Shown: piece by piece, positions 24,297-34,099 of the stretch | Position numbering within the stretch: position 1 is the stretch's first letter | How the letters are laid out: every line of letters starts with the position of its first letter | Virus record (IMG/VR): IMGVR_UViG_3300032180_000007 | Coordinates: 1-64,000 of that record | DNA length: 64,000 bases | DNA from: a virus | Strand: one strand, 5' to 3' | Notes under the pieces: generated by a model | What the model saw: the letters and a program-made list of their open reading frames with translations, nothing else | Database searches by the model: none | Told to the model about the DNA's origin: nothing | Program-made: the position numbers and the translations under genes

Positions 24297-26088
24297 TTAG
24301 CACTATCCCCGTCGCAATCATCGATACATCGAATTGAGGCGTGTTGAGATTCCGCCCCTCGATCTTGTATCCCGTAATGAAGACGGTGAACTCATTCCCC
24401 TGTAGGTCTACTAATGTTCGCAAGCTCCCACGCCTCATGCTCAGGTCAATACCAGCGAGCGGGACACTGACCTTTTGCGGTGAGGCCCCTTGAGTATCAA
24501 GAAGTCTCTGAGCGAGCGTCAGGGCTATGGGGAATGGAATATCGCCAGCGTCCAGCGTTGCGGGCACACGCACACCGAAGGTCGCCTCTGCCGCCTCGTT
24601 TCTCAATAGCATGGTCACCGTCTGTTCGGCTTGGCCCATGCGAGCAGCGAGTGTACCCGTGTGCTGTACCGTCTTAGTCTGTTCCGGACGCCCGGCAAGG
24701 TGGTCGATCTTCTGATAATCGACCTCGATCTGATCAGGGCCTATCTCTCTCCAGCGCTCGATAATTGTTGTGATTGGCTGAGCAAGCTGTACCTCCGCGT
24801 CTTCTGGGAAGTCGTTGGTCCGATTCGCCTCGTACAGACTGATCTTTGTGGGGTGCTCGGGATCATCGGGATTGTCGACAACAAGAATCGTTCCAGTGAT
24901 CTGGGTTATCTCCCAAGTCTTAATCTGCACATCTGGATTCGATTGCGAGGTTGTCCAGCGAATCTGATTCGTCTCGGTCTGCACTTGGCGCATCAGGAGC
25001 GTGTCATCATCTGGCAATCGTGTAAGCAGTTGGATGATCTTCGTGTAGCCAATCTTCAGCCGATAATCATAGTCATATGAATCCGTCTGAGTCTCAATGG
25101 AGATTTCTCTGTAGATTCCATCGGCAACCGCGTATACTCGCGACTCAATCTTCCAGATAATCTCTCGTGTGATCTGATCAGGATTGTCAGGATTGCCGTG
25201 GAATTCCTTGACGAAACGACTGACCACGGTGCGCTGGAAACCAGGCTCGCCAAAGGTCCCAACCTCCTGCGACTCCTGATCGACCCGGTCAATGATATCC
25301 TCACCAACCGCAACGCTGTTCTCTCGATAGGAAAACAGCACCGCCGTAATAATTCGGGCCGACTGTTTCTCCCGGTCGGCAGTGACGTACTTCGCCGGCC
25401 CCAACCCTCGAACTGGAAGCGAAGGCGGTAACACGCCCTGCGGATCGACGATCAAGAGTCTATCAGCATCATCCGCGCTGTAGACCGGCTTGAATATCTC
25501 TATTTGACTAGAAACAACCGAATGAAAACTTGACTGTAAGCCAAAGACGGCTTGTTTGATTGGGTAGGTCGGGACGTTGGTTACTATCTCCGCAAACCCA
25601 CACGATTCGATGTAAGAAAATTGCAATAATTGGGCTAGGTCTAGATCCTCAACTCGTCTGAAGACTGGCTCGATGACCACGCCCTCGCTATCAATAACGT
25701 CGCCCCGAACTGATTGCGAGGCAGTAACAATGCCCATCTGCTCTGGGTCGTATAGGACAACGGGATTACGCGGGGCCAGCTCCCAGCGGTCGGCGATGGA
25801 GTTGATTGCCGTGACCGTGACTTGGCTGTTGAGGCGTTCCACGTGAAACGCAGTGCCGAGCACTCTGCCGACATCCATCAGGGATGCGTATTCCAGAGTG
25901 CCGCTTTTCTGAATTCCAATCTCGAATTGAACCGGTAGGGATTCGTCAAAGACGGGTTCGAAGTCGGCAAGTGTGGCAGTGAGTTGAGCGCCTATAACTC
26001 CATCAGGGACATCAAACGTAAAATCCGTAATACCGATTTCGTCGGTGTTGCTTGTGAAGCGCGCGGTTATTCCGTAGTCTCTGGCCAT
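24289..26088 (-). CDS. distal tail / baseplate-like structural protein
   Basis: 599-aa ORF. Assigned by synteny. Confidence 0.75.
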   Translation of the reverse strand: MARDYGITARFTSNTDEIGITDFTFDVPDGVIGAQLTATLADFEPVFDESLPVQFEIGIQKSGTLEYASLMDVGRVLGTAFHVERLNSQVTVTAINSIADRWELAPRNPVVLYDPEQMGIVTASQSVRGDVIDSEGVVIEPVFRRVEDLDLAQLLQFSYIESCGFAEIVTNVPTYPIKQAVFGLQSSFHSVVSSQIEIFKPVYSADDADRLLIVDPQGVLPPSLPVRGLGPAKYVTADREKQSARIITAVLFSYRENSVAVGEDIIDRVDQESQEVGTFGEPGFQRTVVSRFVKEFHGNPDNPDQITREIIWKIESRVYAVADGIYREISIETQTDSYDYDYRLKIGYTKIIQLLTRLPDDDTLLMRQVQTETNQIRWTTSQSNPDVQIKTWEITQITGTILVVDNPDDPEHPTKISLYEANRTNDFPEDAEVQLAQPITTIIERWREIGPDQIEVDYQKIDHLAGRPEQTKTVQHTGTLAARMGQAEQTVTMLLRNEAAEATFGVRVPATLDAGDIPFPIALTLAQRLLDTQGASPQKVSVPLAGIDLSMRRGSLRTLVDLQGNEFTVFITGYKIEGRNLNTPQFDVSMIATGIVLNA

Positions 26089-26091
26089 AGA

Positions 26092-26313
26092 TCACCGGAT
26101 TTTGCCTTGAGGACAATTCTCGATTGCGATTTCCGCGATCTTTTCCCAGTTAATATGATCAAAATCCCCTTCAGTCACACAAAGTACATCACCTTTATTG
26201 GATATGCTTAACGTCACCTCGCCAACGACGACTCTATCTAAATCCCTTCCAGGATTCTCAAGAACTTGCAATCCACCAATCTTTGCCTTACTAGCTAAAA
26301 ATCTCCGTTGCAT
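26092..26313 (-). CDS. small tail-module protein
   Basis: Start trimmed to the internal ATG (MQRRF), which removes the overlap with the upstream ORF. Confidence 0.55.
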   Translation of the reverse strand: MQRRFLASKAKIGGLQVLENPGRDLDRVVVGEVTLSISNKGDVLCVTEGDFDHINWEKIAEIAIENCPQGKIR

Positions 26314-26326
26314 AAGTCTTGCCTTT

Positions 26327-26524
26327 CTACCGTGCGGAGTCCAGGGTTTCGCTGATGGCGTCAACAAAAACAACCGTGCCCTCACCGCTGGTGATGTCCG
26401 CAGCAAGCAGCATTGGCACGGGTGCGAGGCGACTGCCGATATCAACTGAAAGAAAGAGCGGGAACCGATGAGTGACCGGCTCCTCGATCACGGTGCGGAA
26501 GATTGGAATAATGATTCCGGGCAT
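26327..26524 (-). CDS. small tail-module protein
   Basis: 65-aa ORF abutting the upstream stop. Confidence 0.6.
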   Translation of the reverse strand: MPGIIIPIFRTVIEEPVTHRFPLFLSVDIGSRLAPVPMLLAADITSGEGTVVFVDAISETLDSAR

Positions 26525-27574
26525 TTACGATACCCATCCGGCATCGCTTGTGGCTGCACCCTCAAGAGCGATGTCGCAAATATAGGGATTGCTCTCGGAG
26601 TTGGCTCCTTCGGGCACAACCAGACGCACGTGAAAGAAAGCCACTCCATCGGCAGTCATCACGCCTGTCTCTTCTCCGTCTGTGGTCAGGTCAATGTCAT
26701 CTACTCCCCAAACACCGGGTGCACCGTCGAAGTCCACGGCCATCTGTATGAACAGCGGATTCCAGATAAGCACGTTGGCAATATCGGAATTGACTGCGGC
26801 TTGGCTCAATTTGAATTCCACGTCAGTCAGGCCAGAGGAGGTGAATTTGTAGAAGTCGTTCACGTTTAATCCAACGGATGTCCCTGTCGCGCCGGTCTCC
26901 AGGTTGACAACATTCACCGTTGAGCCGTCTACTTTCACATCCATGGTCTTGCTGGAACCTGAGCCAGAGACGTTCAGGACGCTGACGGCATAGGGCACGA
27001 TCTGATTCCCAGTCAGTTTCTCTGTCGCGCCTGCCGCGAATGCCCGGACATTCTCAAACACCTGGCCAGTCTTCCACCAGTCTTTTACTCGCTTGATAAT
27101 CCGCGCCTTGCAATTGATTCCGCTCGCAGTCCCACTGTTGTGAACTCGAATTCGATAGGATGTAGAGGGCACGCTCGCGTCCGGCGGGAAGGCGTTCATT
27201 CCCCCAAACGATCTGCCTACTCGAACTTCAGCGGCCCAAGAACTCGTGAAGCTCCCGCTGCTAGAAAATATCAGCGTCACGCCCGGTACGATTTTCTTAT
27301 ATTGGGTTGAAGCGTTCAGGCTGATGCTGTGACTATTATTCGGTGATTTTCCATAAGGATTATTGGGAGAGGCTGTTGAAACTGTCACGGTCGCCGAGAC
27401 GCCAGCAACGACGCTGCTGAAAGCAAGAATGTAGGTATCGGCGATTGCCTGGCCACTTGCGTTCGCGGTTGCCGAACTGACGGGCGTGCCGGTGCTGTTC
27501 GTGAGCCGGGCATCAGAATCAACCCATGTCCCACTACCGGATATTTCCTCGATCTGACCTATCAACCCAGCCAT
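26525..27574 (-). CDS. tail structural protein
   Basis: 349-aa Ser/Thr/Gly/Val-rich beta-type sequence. Confidence 0.75.
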   Translation of the reverse strand: MAGLIGQIEEISGSGTWVDSDARLTNSTGTPVSSATANASGQAIADTYILAFSSVVAGVSATVTVSTASPNNPYGKSPNNSHSISLNASTQYKKIVPGVTLIFSSSGSFTSSWAAEVRVGRSFGGMNAFPPDASVPSTSYRIRVHNSGTASGINCKARIIKRVKDWWKTGQVFENVRAFAAGATEKLTGNQIVPYAVSVLNVSGSGSSKTMDVKVDGSTVNVVNLETGATGTSVGLNVNDFYKFTSSGLTDVEFKLSQAAVNSDIANVLIWNPLFIQMAVDFDGAPGVWGVDDIDLTTDGEETGVMTADGVAFFHVRLVVPEGANSESNPYICDIALEGAATSDAGWVS

Positions 27575-27747
27575 TAGTCAATCCCGAACACTTCATCGGC
27601 CTTTTGTGCTGCCTTCACTCCATCTGAATCAACAGGCTGATATATGCACTTACGCGCACAGTCGTAACACCATGCTCCGCGCGGATCAGATTCGTCGCGA
27701 TGATGATCATAGCGATGACCGCAGACACATAAAGGATAGGCACTCAT
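27574..27747 (-). CDS. Cys/His-rich micro-protein (57 aa)
   Basis: ATGA overlap upstream and TAATG overlap downstream. Contains CVCGH..CYDCARKC. Below the track cutoff. Confidence 0.55.
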   Translation of the reverse strand: MSAYPLCVCGHRYDHHRDESDPRGAWCYDCARKCIYQPVDSDGVKAAQKADEVFGID

Positions 27748-28157
27748 ACAGTTTTGAACCTCATCGTGACGCCACCATCAATGTATTGGATGATGCGCCC
27801 GTTGCCGTAGCTCAACCAGTCTTTGCCATCTACCTTACAGCTGGCGTTGATCGTATGGAATCCATCGGTCAGGTTCACATTAAACGGAAGCTGATCTTCG
27901 AGCGCGTCATTAATTGCATCTATCACGTCCTGGAGCGTTGTCAGAGGCGCTTGCTTCCACAGCACACCGAACTGGAGTCCCTTGCCCTCATGATCCATTG
28001 ATGCAGTGTAAACCGTGGCGTCTGCCGCCTGTCTGCTATTTGTGTGACGGGTAGATTTCAGATTCGCGCCGTCCAGGATATAGACCTCACACTCGCTCCC
28101 GTCCAGGTCCAGGGTTACACCTGCGATTGAGCCTTCAGCTATTCCGAGTCCCGGCAT
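27744..28157 (-). CDS. distal tail protein candidate
   Basis: 137-aa ORF immediately after the tape measure. Confidence 0.7.
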   Translation of the reverse strand: MPGLGIAEGSIAGVTLDLDGSECEVYILDGANLKSTRHTNSRQAADATVYTASMDHEGKGLQFGVLWKQAPLTTLQDVIDAINDALEDQLPFNVNLTDGFHTINASCKVDGKDWLSYGNGRIIQYIDGGVTMRFKTV

Positions 28158-30154
28158 TATTCGGCTCCCGGCGCCGGCCCGAGGCGCTGTATCGTCGTGG
28201 CCCTCTGTGGGTCAAGAATAGTGATGGTGGTCTGTGCGTTGATTACAGTCCTAGCCGCTTCAAGCAATTGTTTGGTCTGCTCAGCCTGACTTGCTTGCTG
28301 CTTAACCGCGTCTTCCTTTAATTGCAACTCAAGCTGTGCCCGCTGCTCGATCAAACGCAGTTGAGTGTCGAACAGATCAGCGGTCAGTTTCTCCGGTGAG
28401 ACTCGCCCGATAGCGCCCAAGGCGAAATCAAGCTGAGCGGCCAAAGCCGAACGTCCTGCGGCGCTAGAAGGATCGAATTGAGCGAGCTTGGTCTGAGAAT
28501 CACGGATTGCTTTTTCCGCCAGTTCTATAGCCCTCTGATCGACCGTGGAGCGTTGGCCTATCGCACGTTCTTTGGCGAGCAGATCAAACTGCTCTCGTGA
28601 TGTCAGGGTGCCTTCGCTGCGCCTGGTTTCAATTTCTTTGACAATCGCGTCCTTGGCCGCGCGGTCGGCTGCGAGGCTCTCAGTCCGCTGTGCTCTGATC
28701 TGTTCACCTCTCAACAGCAGATCGGCAATACGCCCCTCACCGGCCAGCTCCGCTTTGAAGATGTCGAGATTCTTAAGTTGCTCGTTCGCTTTAATGAAGG
28801 CGTCGGTAATCCCTTTACCTGCATCAACGAATTGTTCCTTGAACGCGCGGACTCGTTGACTGCTCTCGTCAAAGATTCTCGCAAAAGGATTGTCGCCCGA
28901 GAGCCGAGCGTTGAGCGCTTCGAAGGATGATCGGAGTTCGCGTTGTAGAGCTATTTCTTCCTTGGCCCGCTGCGCGGATTCACTTCGTGCCTGATCGACC
29001 TGTTGTCTGATCGACACTTCTTGTTCAAGCGCGGTCTTGATCTTCTCCACCCCTTTCGCGAACCCTTCGTCGTCCAGTTTGCCCGCAAGAAACGCCTCCC
29101 GTAGTCCCCGCAACTTCTCGGCCGTAGCGTCCAGGGCACCGGCATCACTAGCCAGTTGCCGCAGGCTCTTGGAGGCCGTGTCAAAGATGTTCTCTTCACC
29201 GCGCTGGAATTTGCGCCCTTCAAGTTGACGGGTCAGTGTCTCAATTGCCCTAACCCGTTGCTGAATTTCTTCAGCAGTCGTGAACTCGCCCTTGAAACGG
29301 TCCTGGATGAACTTGAACTGATCGAAGCCGGGCAAGCCCTGACTCTCAGTGATCTCTTTGATAGCCGATCTTAAGTCATCAAGTACTTGCTTACGTCCGC
29401 CGACGCCTCCTACGAGACCGCGATTGACCTGAGCTTGCAGGAGCTTCAATCGCTCGTCTGCTTTAGTCGCCTCATCTGACAAGGACTTTAGCGCGAGGAT
29501 GACGGCACCGATTCCGAGAACGATAGGCCCCCCGCCGGCGAGCGCCCCTCCAACATCCAACACGTCTGCGAGTACGCTGCGGAAGCCAATCTCTTGCTTG
29601 AGGGTATTCTTCAACTCAGCAGCTACGTGTTGCAGCCGGCCAGTGCCTATAGCGGCTCGTTCTGCCGCTGACCCTGTCGCCAGAAATCCCCTCGATGCGC
29701 CAGCGCTGGCCTGTTCCGTCTCCTTAAGCGTATTGCGTATGATTCGCAAATTATCGTCGTTAAGAGTGCGTTCGTTGAGAGCACGGGCGGCAGCGTTGAA
29801 TTTGGCAAGCGCCGCCCCTTCCGTCTGTCCACCTATAGCTGCGCCGACATTCCCGAAAGCGCCGCCGCGAGCACCGGGAATAATACGTGTGGGGTCTATG
29901 GCTTTATCAGGCGCGATTCTTGACAGGGCTTGCGATGTTTTGGTCGCTTGTTGCTCAACTGCTTGTAGTGCTGAGAGGACCTGCCCGCGCGCTATTTGCC
30001 CAAGTCGCGATAGTTCTAGTTCGGAACCAGCAACGGATACTTTGAGATTCTCAAAGCCCCGCTCAAGCTTCTTCTCGGCAGCATCCACGGCAGCAAGATC
30101 AGTTATGGTCTTGCTGGTATCAGAGGCAATGATCAGTTCTGCTCGTTCAGGCAT
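28157..30154 (-). CDS. tail tape measure protein
   Basis: 665 aa, long Ala/Gln/Arg/Glu helical repeats, central Gly-rich hydrophobic patch GGALAGGGPIVLGIGAVILAL. Sits after the chaperone pair. Confidence 0.85.
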   Translation of the reverse strand: MPERAELIIASDTSKTITDLAAVDAAEKKLERGFENLKVSVAGSELELSRLGQIARGQVLSALQAVEQQATKTSQALSRIAPDKAIDPTRIIPGARGGAFGNVGAAIGGQTEGAALAKFNAAARALNERTLNDDNLRIIRNTLKETEQASAGASRGFLATGSAAERAAIGTGRLQHVAAELKNTLKQEIGFRSVLADVLDVGGALAGGGPIVLGIGAVILALKSLSDEATKADERLKLLQAQVNRGLVGGVGGRKQVLDDLRSAIKEITESQGLPGFDQFKFIQDRFKGEFTTAEEIQQRVRAIETLTRQLEGRKFQRGEENIFDTASKSLRQLASDAGALDATAEKLRGLREAFLAGKLDDEGFAKGVEKIKTALEQEVSIRQQVDQARSESAQRAKEEIALQRELRSSFEALNARLSGDNPFARIFDESSQRVRAFKEQFVDAGKGITDAFIKANEQLKNLDIFKAELAGEGRIADLLLRGEQIRAQRTESLAADRAAKDAIVKEIETRRSEGTLTSREQFDLLAKERAIGQRSTVDQRAIELAEKAIRDSQTKLAQFDPSSAAGRSALAAQLDFALGAIGRVSPEKLTADLFDTQLRLIEQRAQLELQLKEDAVKQQASQAEQTKQLLEAARTVINAQTTITILDPQRATTIQRLGPAPGAE

Positions 30155-30614
30155 CTGCCGGTCTCCAGAGTCGTGCGTACCGCGCTTGACCGCGTCTCGT
30201 CAAAACTATGCGCGCCAGAATCGCAATCGTCTCATCCCAGTCGGGCAAAATCTTCTCATCCGAATCAGAGAGCATTTTAACAACAAACAAATAGGCTGAG
30301 GCGATTTTTTCAGGGCTAAACTTAAAGGGCCAATCCTGACCATTCCCGTATCGCTTCGCCGATTCACCAATGAGGCCACGATATAGATAGCTACCCTTGG
30401 CATTCCGCAACCCTTCAATCGTCTGCCTCTGACTTCGGGTAAGCGGGCACTTCGGGCAATTGTTTTGTGGGTCGTAGTGTTGAATGCGCTCTTTGGAGCA
30501 GGTAGGGCAATCATACTGGGGGCCTAAATTGTCAACTCGTATAAGGTGCTCCTCATATTTCCAGGCGTAGAGATTAAACGCCGCGAAAAAACTCTTCGGG
30601 CCAAATCCCATCAC
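30147..30614 (-). CDS. tail assembly chaperone, downstream ORF of the pair
   Basis: Overlaps the 3' end of 30574-30951 in another frame. A T6 run lies in the overlap. Confidence 0.6.
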   Translation of the reverse strand: MMGFGPKSFFAAFNLYAWKYEEHLIRVDNLGPQYDCPTCSKERIQHYDPQNNCPKCPLTRSQRQTIEGLRNAKGSYLYRGLIGESAKRYGNGQDWPFKFSPEKIASAYLFVVKMLSDSDEKILPDWDETIAILARIVLTRRGQARYARLWRPADA

Positions 30615-30951
30615 GCGCGACAGACCATGCCGCAGCAGCTATTTCACGGGCATTAGCTGATTCTTTGTCTGCGCCGCCAAAGTATAGTTCAATCTGTTCT
30701 TTCAAATTCCCTTCTAACGGCCAATCATCAAAGCCAGTAGGAGTCTCTATCAATCTCGCCTTTAGATGTTGTAATAAGACTCGCGGGCCAGCCTCTTCAT
30801 CGCTCAACTCTAGAATTCTTTTCTGCTCCTCAGCATCCACCTCTGATTGTGGCAGGCGAGCAAACTTCCATTCGGTAACAATCTTCTTGTCCTGAATCGT
30901 GTAGGTGTGGCGTACAGGTATCACGCCTAGCGTTTGTTTTGTAAAACCCAT
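30574..30951 (-). CDS. tail assembly chaperone, upstream ORF of the pair
   Basis: 125 aa, acidic, between the major tail protein and the tape measure. Confidence 0.7.
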   Translation of the reverse strand: MGFTKQTLGVIPVRHTYTIQDKKIVTEWKFARLPQSEVDAEEQKRILELSDEEAGPRVLLQHLKARLIETPTGFDDWPLEGNLKEQIELYFGGADKESANAREIAAAAWSVARDGIWPEEFFRGV

Positions 30952-30961
30952 TCAAATCTCC

Positions 30962-32002
30962 CTATAACAAGTAGGCCGTCGCTTGTGTGTTGACCACGGT
31001 CATATTCATCGGGGTCGCTGCGTTCCCTGGAACGATGAGCGGCTGGTGCACGATTCGGAGCCCCGCTTCTGAGACCTCGCCAAACCAGTCCTGCGCCGGC
31101 GACCCTTCGCGGATAACACCCGATGGAACCGTGATTGTGATTCCCGAAGTGGCGCTACCGATTCTCCAGGCGCTCGCAGCCACGGTGAGGTTCTTCGCCT
31201 TGGTGTGCAATGTGTCATTAAGACGACCTCCAACGCCAAGATTGAGTGCCTGTGTCAACACGTTCCCTTGCTCGATTCGTTTAATGTCCTGGCTCGCAAG
31301 CGGGAATAGAAAATCTCCAGTCGGTAAGGAATTACTCATCGTGAACTCTGCGCTCAATGCGGTGTGGTTCGCATCGGTCCCCGACAACAGATTCTCGCTA
31401 TCGAGAGTAAGAGCGCCATCCACTAATCGAAGTGGAGTATAGCTCGAACAGTCTGGAGGCGTATAACCCACTGCCGCCGCAAGATCACCTTTGCCTATGA
31501 TCTCTACCTGGCAAAGGACTTCATCGCCTTGACTCGCTGCGGTGATCGTAAAGTTATTCACAACACAGTCCTGCATCTTGATCCCAGGGTCAGATGCCGC
31601 CGAGTCCGCGAAGATCGCAATGACGGTGAAAAAAGGCAGAACAAACAGTCTCTCAGCAAGGCGTGTGATCGCGTGTGTGTAGTTGCCCGATACCGGGCCG
31701 GTCGGAGAAGCAGCGACACCCATTGCGTAAGCGGCCATCACTGGAGCAGACTTGATATCGAGATTAAATTCCAGGCGCAGCCGGGCGTAGCGAGTCAACT
31801 CCTGCAAGCCGATAATATTTCGGCCCAAGCAGTCGGGAATTTCTTTGATATTGCGGACAGGTTCTATATGGCTACGGCCCTCAGTGAGATTGAACAGAGT
31901 ATCAAGCGCCCCGTTTGATAACGGGGTCCCGAAGGCGGACTGCTTCGCTCCCGTGCCGCTATAGGCGACTGCTAACAAGATTCGTCTAAGACTCGCCATC
32001 AT
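30962..32002 (-). CDS. major tail protein candidate
   Basis: 346-aa ORF directly upstream of the chaperone pair. Confidence 0.65.
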   Translation of the reverse strand: MMASLRRILLAVAYSGTGAKQSAFGTPLSNGALDTLFNLTEGRSHIEPVRNIKEIPDCLGRNIIGLQELTRYARLRLEFNLDIKSAPVMAAYAMGVAASPTGPVSGNYTHAITRLAERLFVLPFFTVIAIFADSAASDPGIKMQDCVVNNFTITAASQGDEVLCQVEIIGKGDLAAAVGYTPPDCSSYTPLRLVDGALTLDSENLLSGTDANHTALSAEFTMSNSLPTGDFLFPLASQDIKRIEQGNVLTQALNLGVGGRLNDTLHTKAKNLTVAASAWRIGSATSGITITVPSGVIREGSPAQDWFGEVSEAGLRIVHQPLIVPGNAATPMNMTVVNTQATAYLL

Positions 32003-32008
32003 CTCTCC

Positions 32009-32266
32009 TTATACAATTCGCTTATAGCCCGGCATGCAGCTAATGATCAATCGCGCCTGGTCTGAATACCAGCCTTCTTTCTGCATCTCCGCGTCGGGCA
32101 ATTCAATCGTCATCATCCCTATCGTGATCTTTATCGGCGGTTCATCATCCACGAACATGGGTATATTCGTATCGGGCTCATCAAGGGGGTTCTCACGCGG
32201 GGCCACCGGCTTAGCGTTCCTCACGCCGGTCCATCTGATATTTGGTTTCGGCTCTTCGTCTTCCAT
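32009..32266 (-). CDS. hypothetical protein
   Basis: 85-aa ORF in the structural operon. Confidence 0.6.
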   Translation of the reverse strand: MEDEEPKPNIRWTGVRNAKPVAPRENPLDEPDTNIPMFVDDEPPIKITIGMMTIELPDAEMQKEGWYSDQARLIISCMPGYKRIV

Positions 32267-32268
32267 CT

Positions 32269-32652
32269 TTACACCGTCGCATCGATCAAGCAGCGAATCT
32301 TAAATGTACCATTAGCCGCGTCCGTGCTGGTGATAAAAATCTTGGTTATGTCGCCCGCGAACGGCAGAGTGATTCCGCTGAGGTAGTTCCACTGCCACAC
32401 TCCTCCTGCGGCCAATGTGATCGTTTCCTGTGGCGCGCCCGATGAATTGGTCTTGATCGTGCCGGCAACATCAGTCTGAATATAGATTGATTTGAGCTGT
32501 GATATATCAATGACGAGGGCAACTTCAGTCGGCCCAGCGCCAGCCGCCATCGCTATATCGCGGTTGTCCTCAGCGTCAGCGGTCATAGCAACGGGCGTGC
32601 GGAGTTGTTCAGAGCCGCTCGCATAGGTCAGTGTCAGTGTGTGAGTGGGCAT
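32269..32652 (-). CDS. tail-module structural protein
   Basis: 127-aa beta-rich ORF. Confidence 0.65.
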   Translation of the reverse strand: MPTHTLTLTYASGSEQLRTPVAMTADAEDNRDIAMAAGAGPTEVALVIDISQLKSIYIQTDVAGTIKTNSSGAPQETITLAAGGVWQWNYLSGITLPFAGDITKIFITSTDAANGTFKIRCLIDATV

Positions 32653-32665
32653 GTCGTAAATCCTT

Positions 32666-33205
32666 TCACTCGATAATCTCGGCTTCCAGACACGAATCTA
32701 TTATCACCTGGACCGCAATCCTAAGCGGACGCGCATGTACTTGCACGGCATCTTCGCCGCTATTATTCCTGATAGGCCCGGAGCTTGTTTCGGGTAGCTG
32801 AAGAAAGAGGCTCTGCACGCTGCTCCCAAGGCCAAGTTCGTGATTCGCCCGCGCGTTGAACGTTGTTCGAAGGGCGGCGGTGACATCTCGGAATACCTGT
32901 GTCGAAGTCTGATCATCACTCCGCTTATCATCATAGGGCAATAAGAAAGCGCCCTGGAATTGCTCGGTCTGGATAATGCTGAACCCGGCACCTCGTATTG
33001 ATGATGAGCCCAACCAGTCCAGGACAATACCCTGCGGTTTGCCGTCGCTATTCAGGCTTTGGAGCAGTCGTACTAATTCGTCTACATCGTCGGCTGCCTC
33101 GATGAATCGCTGGCGCGTAAACACGCGGTCAGTTAGTTCGTCGTGAGCCCCAGCCATCAGTTCGGCTATCGCGTCAAGAATTTCATTCCAGGTAACGTTA
33201 GCCAT
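32666..33205 (-). CDS. head-tail joining / tail completion candidate
   Basis: 179-aa ORF. Assigned by position. Confidence 0.65.
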   Translation of the reverse strand: MANVTWNEILDAIAELMAGAHDELTDRVFTRQRFIEAADDVDELVRLLQSLNSDGKPQGIVLDWLGSSSIRGAGFSIIQTEQFQGAFLLPYDDKRSDDQTSTQVFRDVTAALRTTFNARANHELGLGSSVQSLFLQLPETSSGPIRNNSGEDAVQVHARPLRIAVQVIIDSCLEAEIIE

Positions 33206-33821
33206 TAATGAGCCCTGCGATTCCCTTTTCGATCTGCGAGACTGCGTGATTAATCGCGCCTCGCTTCACAAATAACACTCGCGTGAATAGTCGCGGTGCT
33301 TTTATTCCGCGTCGTTGAATAGAACGCCCGATCAGGAACGCCAAAGATTTCTGTTCAGAGAGCAAGGCATTCCGGGGCAGCGTGGCCATGAGTCTCTTGG
33401 TTGCTCTCAGGCGTTTCTTGATGATCGCTATGTTCGACTCAAGCACCTTGGCCTTGACCGGCTTTGCCTGTCTGATAGTGCGCTTGGCTCGCCGGGTCCT
33501 ACTCAATCGCATATTCTTCCTACGGACATAGGCCAGCATTGCCGCAGGAGGAGGTTGTTTGCCTCCGGCTGCCCGTCCGGTCTGCTGGCTGAAGACTGAA
33601 TGCGGAGCTTGTCCCTCGAGGTGCAACGCCTGGCGTGTTGACTGGCCGGTCACGTAGAACACGGTCTTTTGCCGGGATTCTCCGGTGTCGCGTTTCGTGT
33701 TCTGTTTGATCCAATCCGCCATTTCCTTCCCAAGCAGATTCAACTCACGTGTCACAATCGCACCAGAGCCTCGCGCCGCTCGCCCAAACTTCCCATCGTA
33801 TTTGAATCTAACTACAGCCAT
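33198..33821 (-). CDS. head-tail joining protein (possibly HK97 gp10-like)
   Basis: 207 aa. The TKRDTGESR segment and position resemble the gp10 family (weak). Confidence 0.6.
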   Translation of the reverse strand: MAVVRFKYDGKFGRAARGSGAIVTRELNLLGKEMADWIKQNTKRDTGESRQKTVFYVTGQSTRQALHLEGQAPHSVFSQQTGRAAGGKQPPPAAMLAYVRRKNMRLSRTRRAKRTIRQAKPVKAKVLESNIAIIKKRLRATKRLMATLPRNALLSEQKSLAFLIGRSIQRRGIKAPRLFTRVLFVKRGAINHAVSQIEKGIAGLING

Positions 33822-33827
33822 CTTTCT

Positions 33828-34079
33828 TTACTGCATGGGGATTGATGCCGAATCGCCATTAATCGAGTCGGAGCCAGACTTCCATTCCTGATTTTTTGCG
33901 ATTTCGACCGCAAGCGCCTTGGTCAACTCCTGAATCTGATTTGCGTCCTGCCTGAGCCGCTGATCTATGAGGCTGATCGCGGTGAGAATGTTCTGCTGAT
34001 CAAGCCGAGTGAGCGCGGGCTGAGTCACCTGTGACAACACGGCGTCCAACATCTTCAATGCTTCTTCTGCTGTTAGCAT
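33828..34079 (-). CDS. hypothetical coiled-coil protein
   Basis: 83-aa helical ORF. Confidence 0.6.
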   Translation of the reverse strand: MLTAEEALKMLDAVLSQVTQPALTRLDQQNILTAISLIDQRLRQDANQIQELTKALAVEIAKNQEWKSGSDSINGDSASIPMQ

Positions 34080-34099
34080 TATCGCCCTCTCCTTCCTTT

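Noticed and set aside
29499-30299. 266-aa plus-strand ORF
   Set aside because: It is antisense to the tape measure gene. Its Ala/Ser/Pro/Arg-rich composition is typical of the reverse frame of a GC-skewed helical gene.
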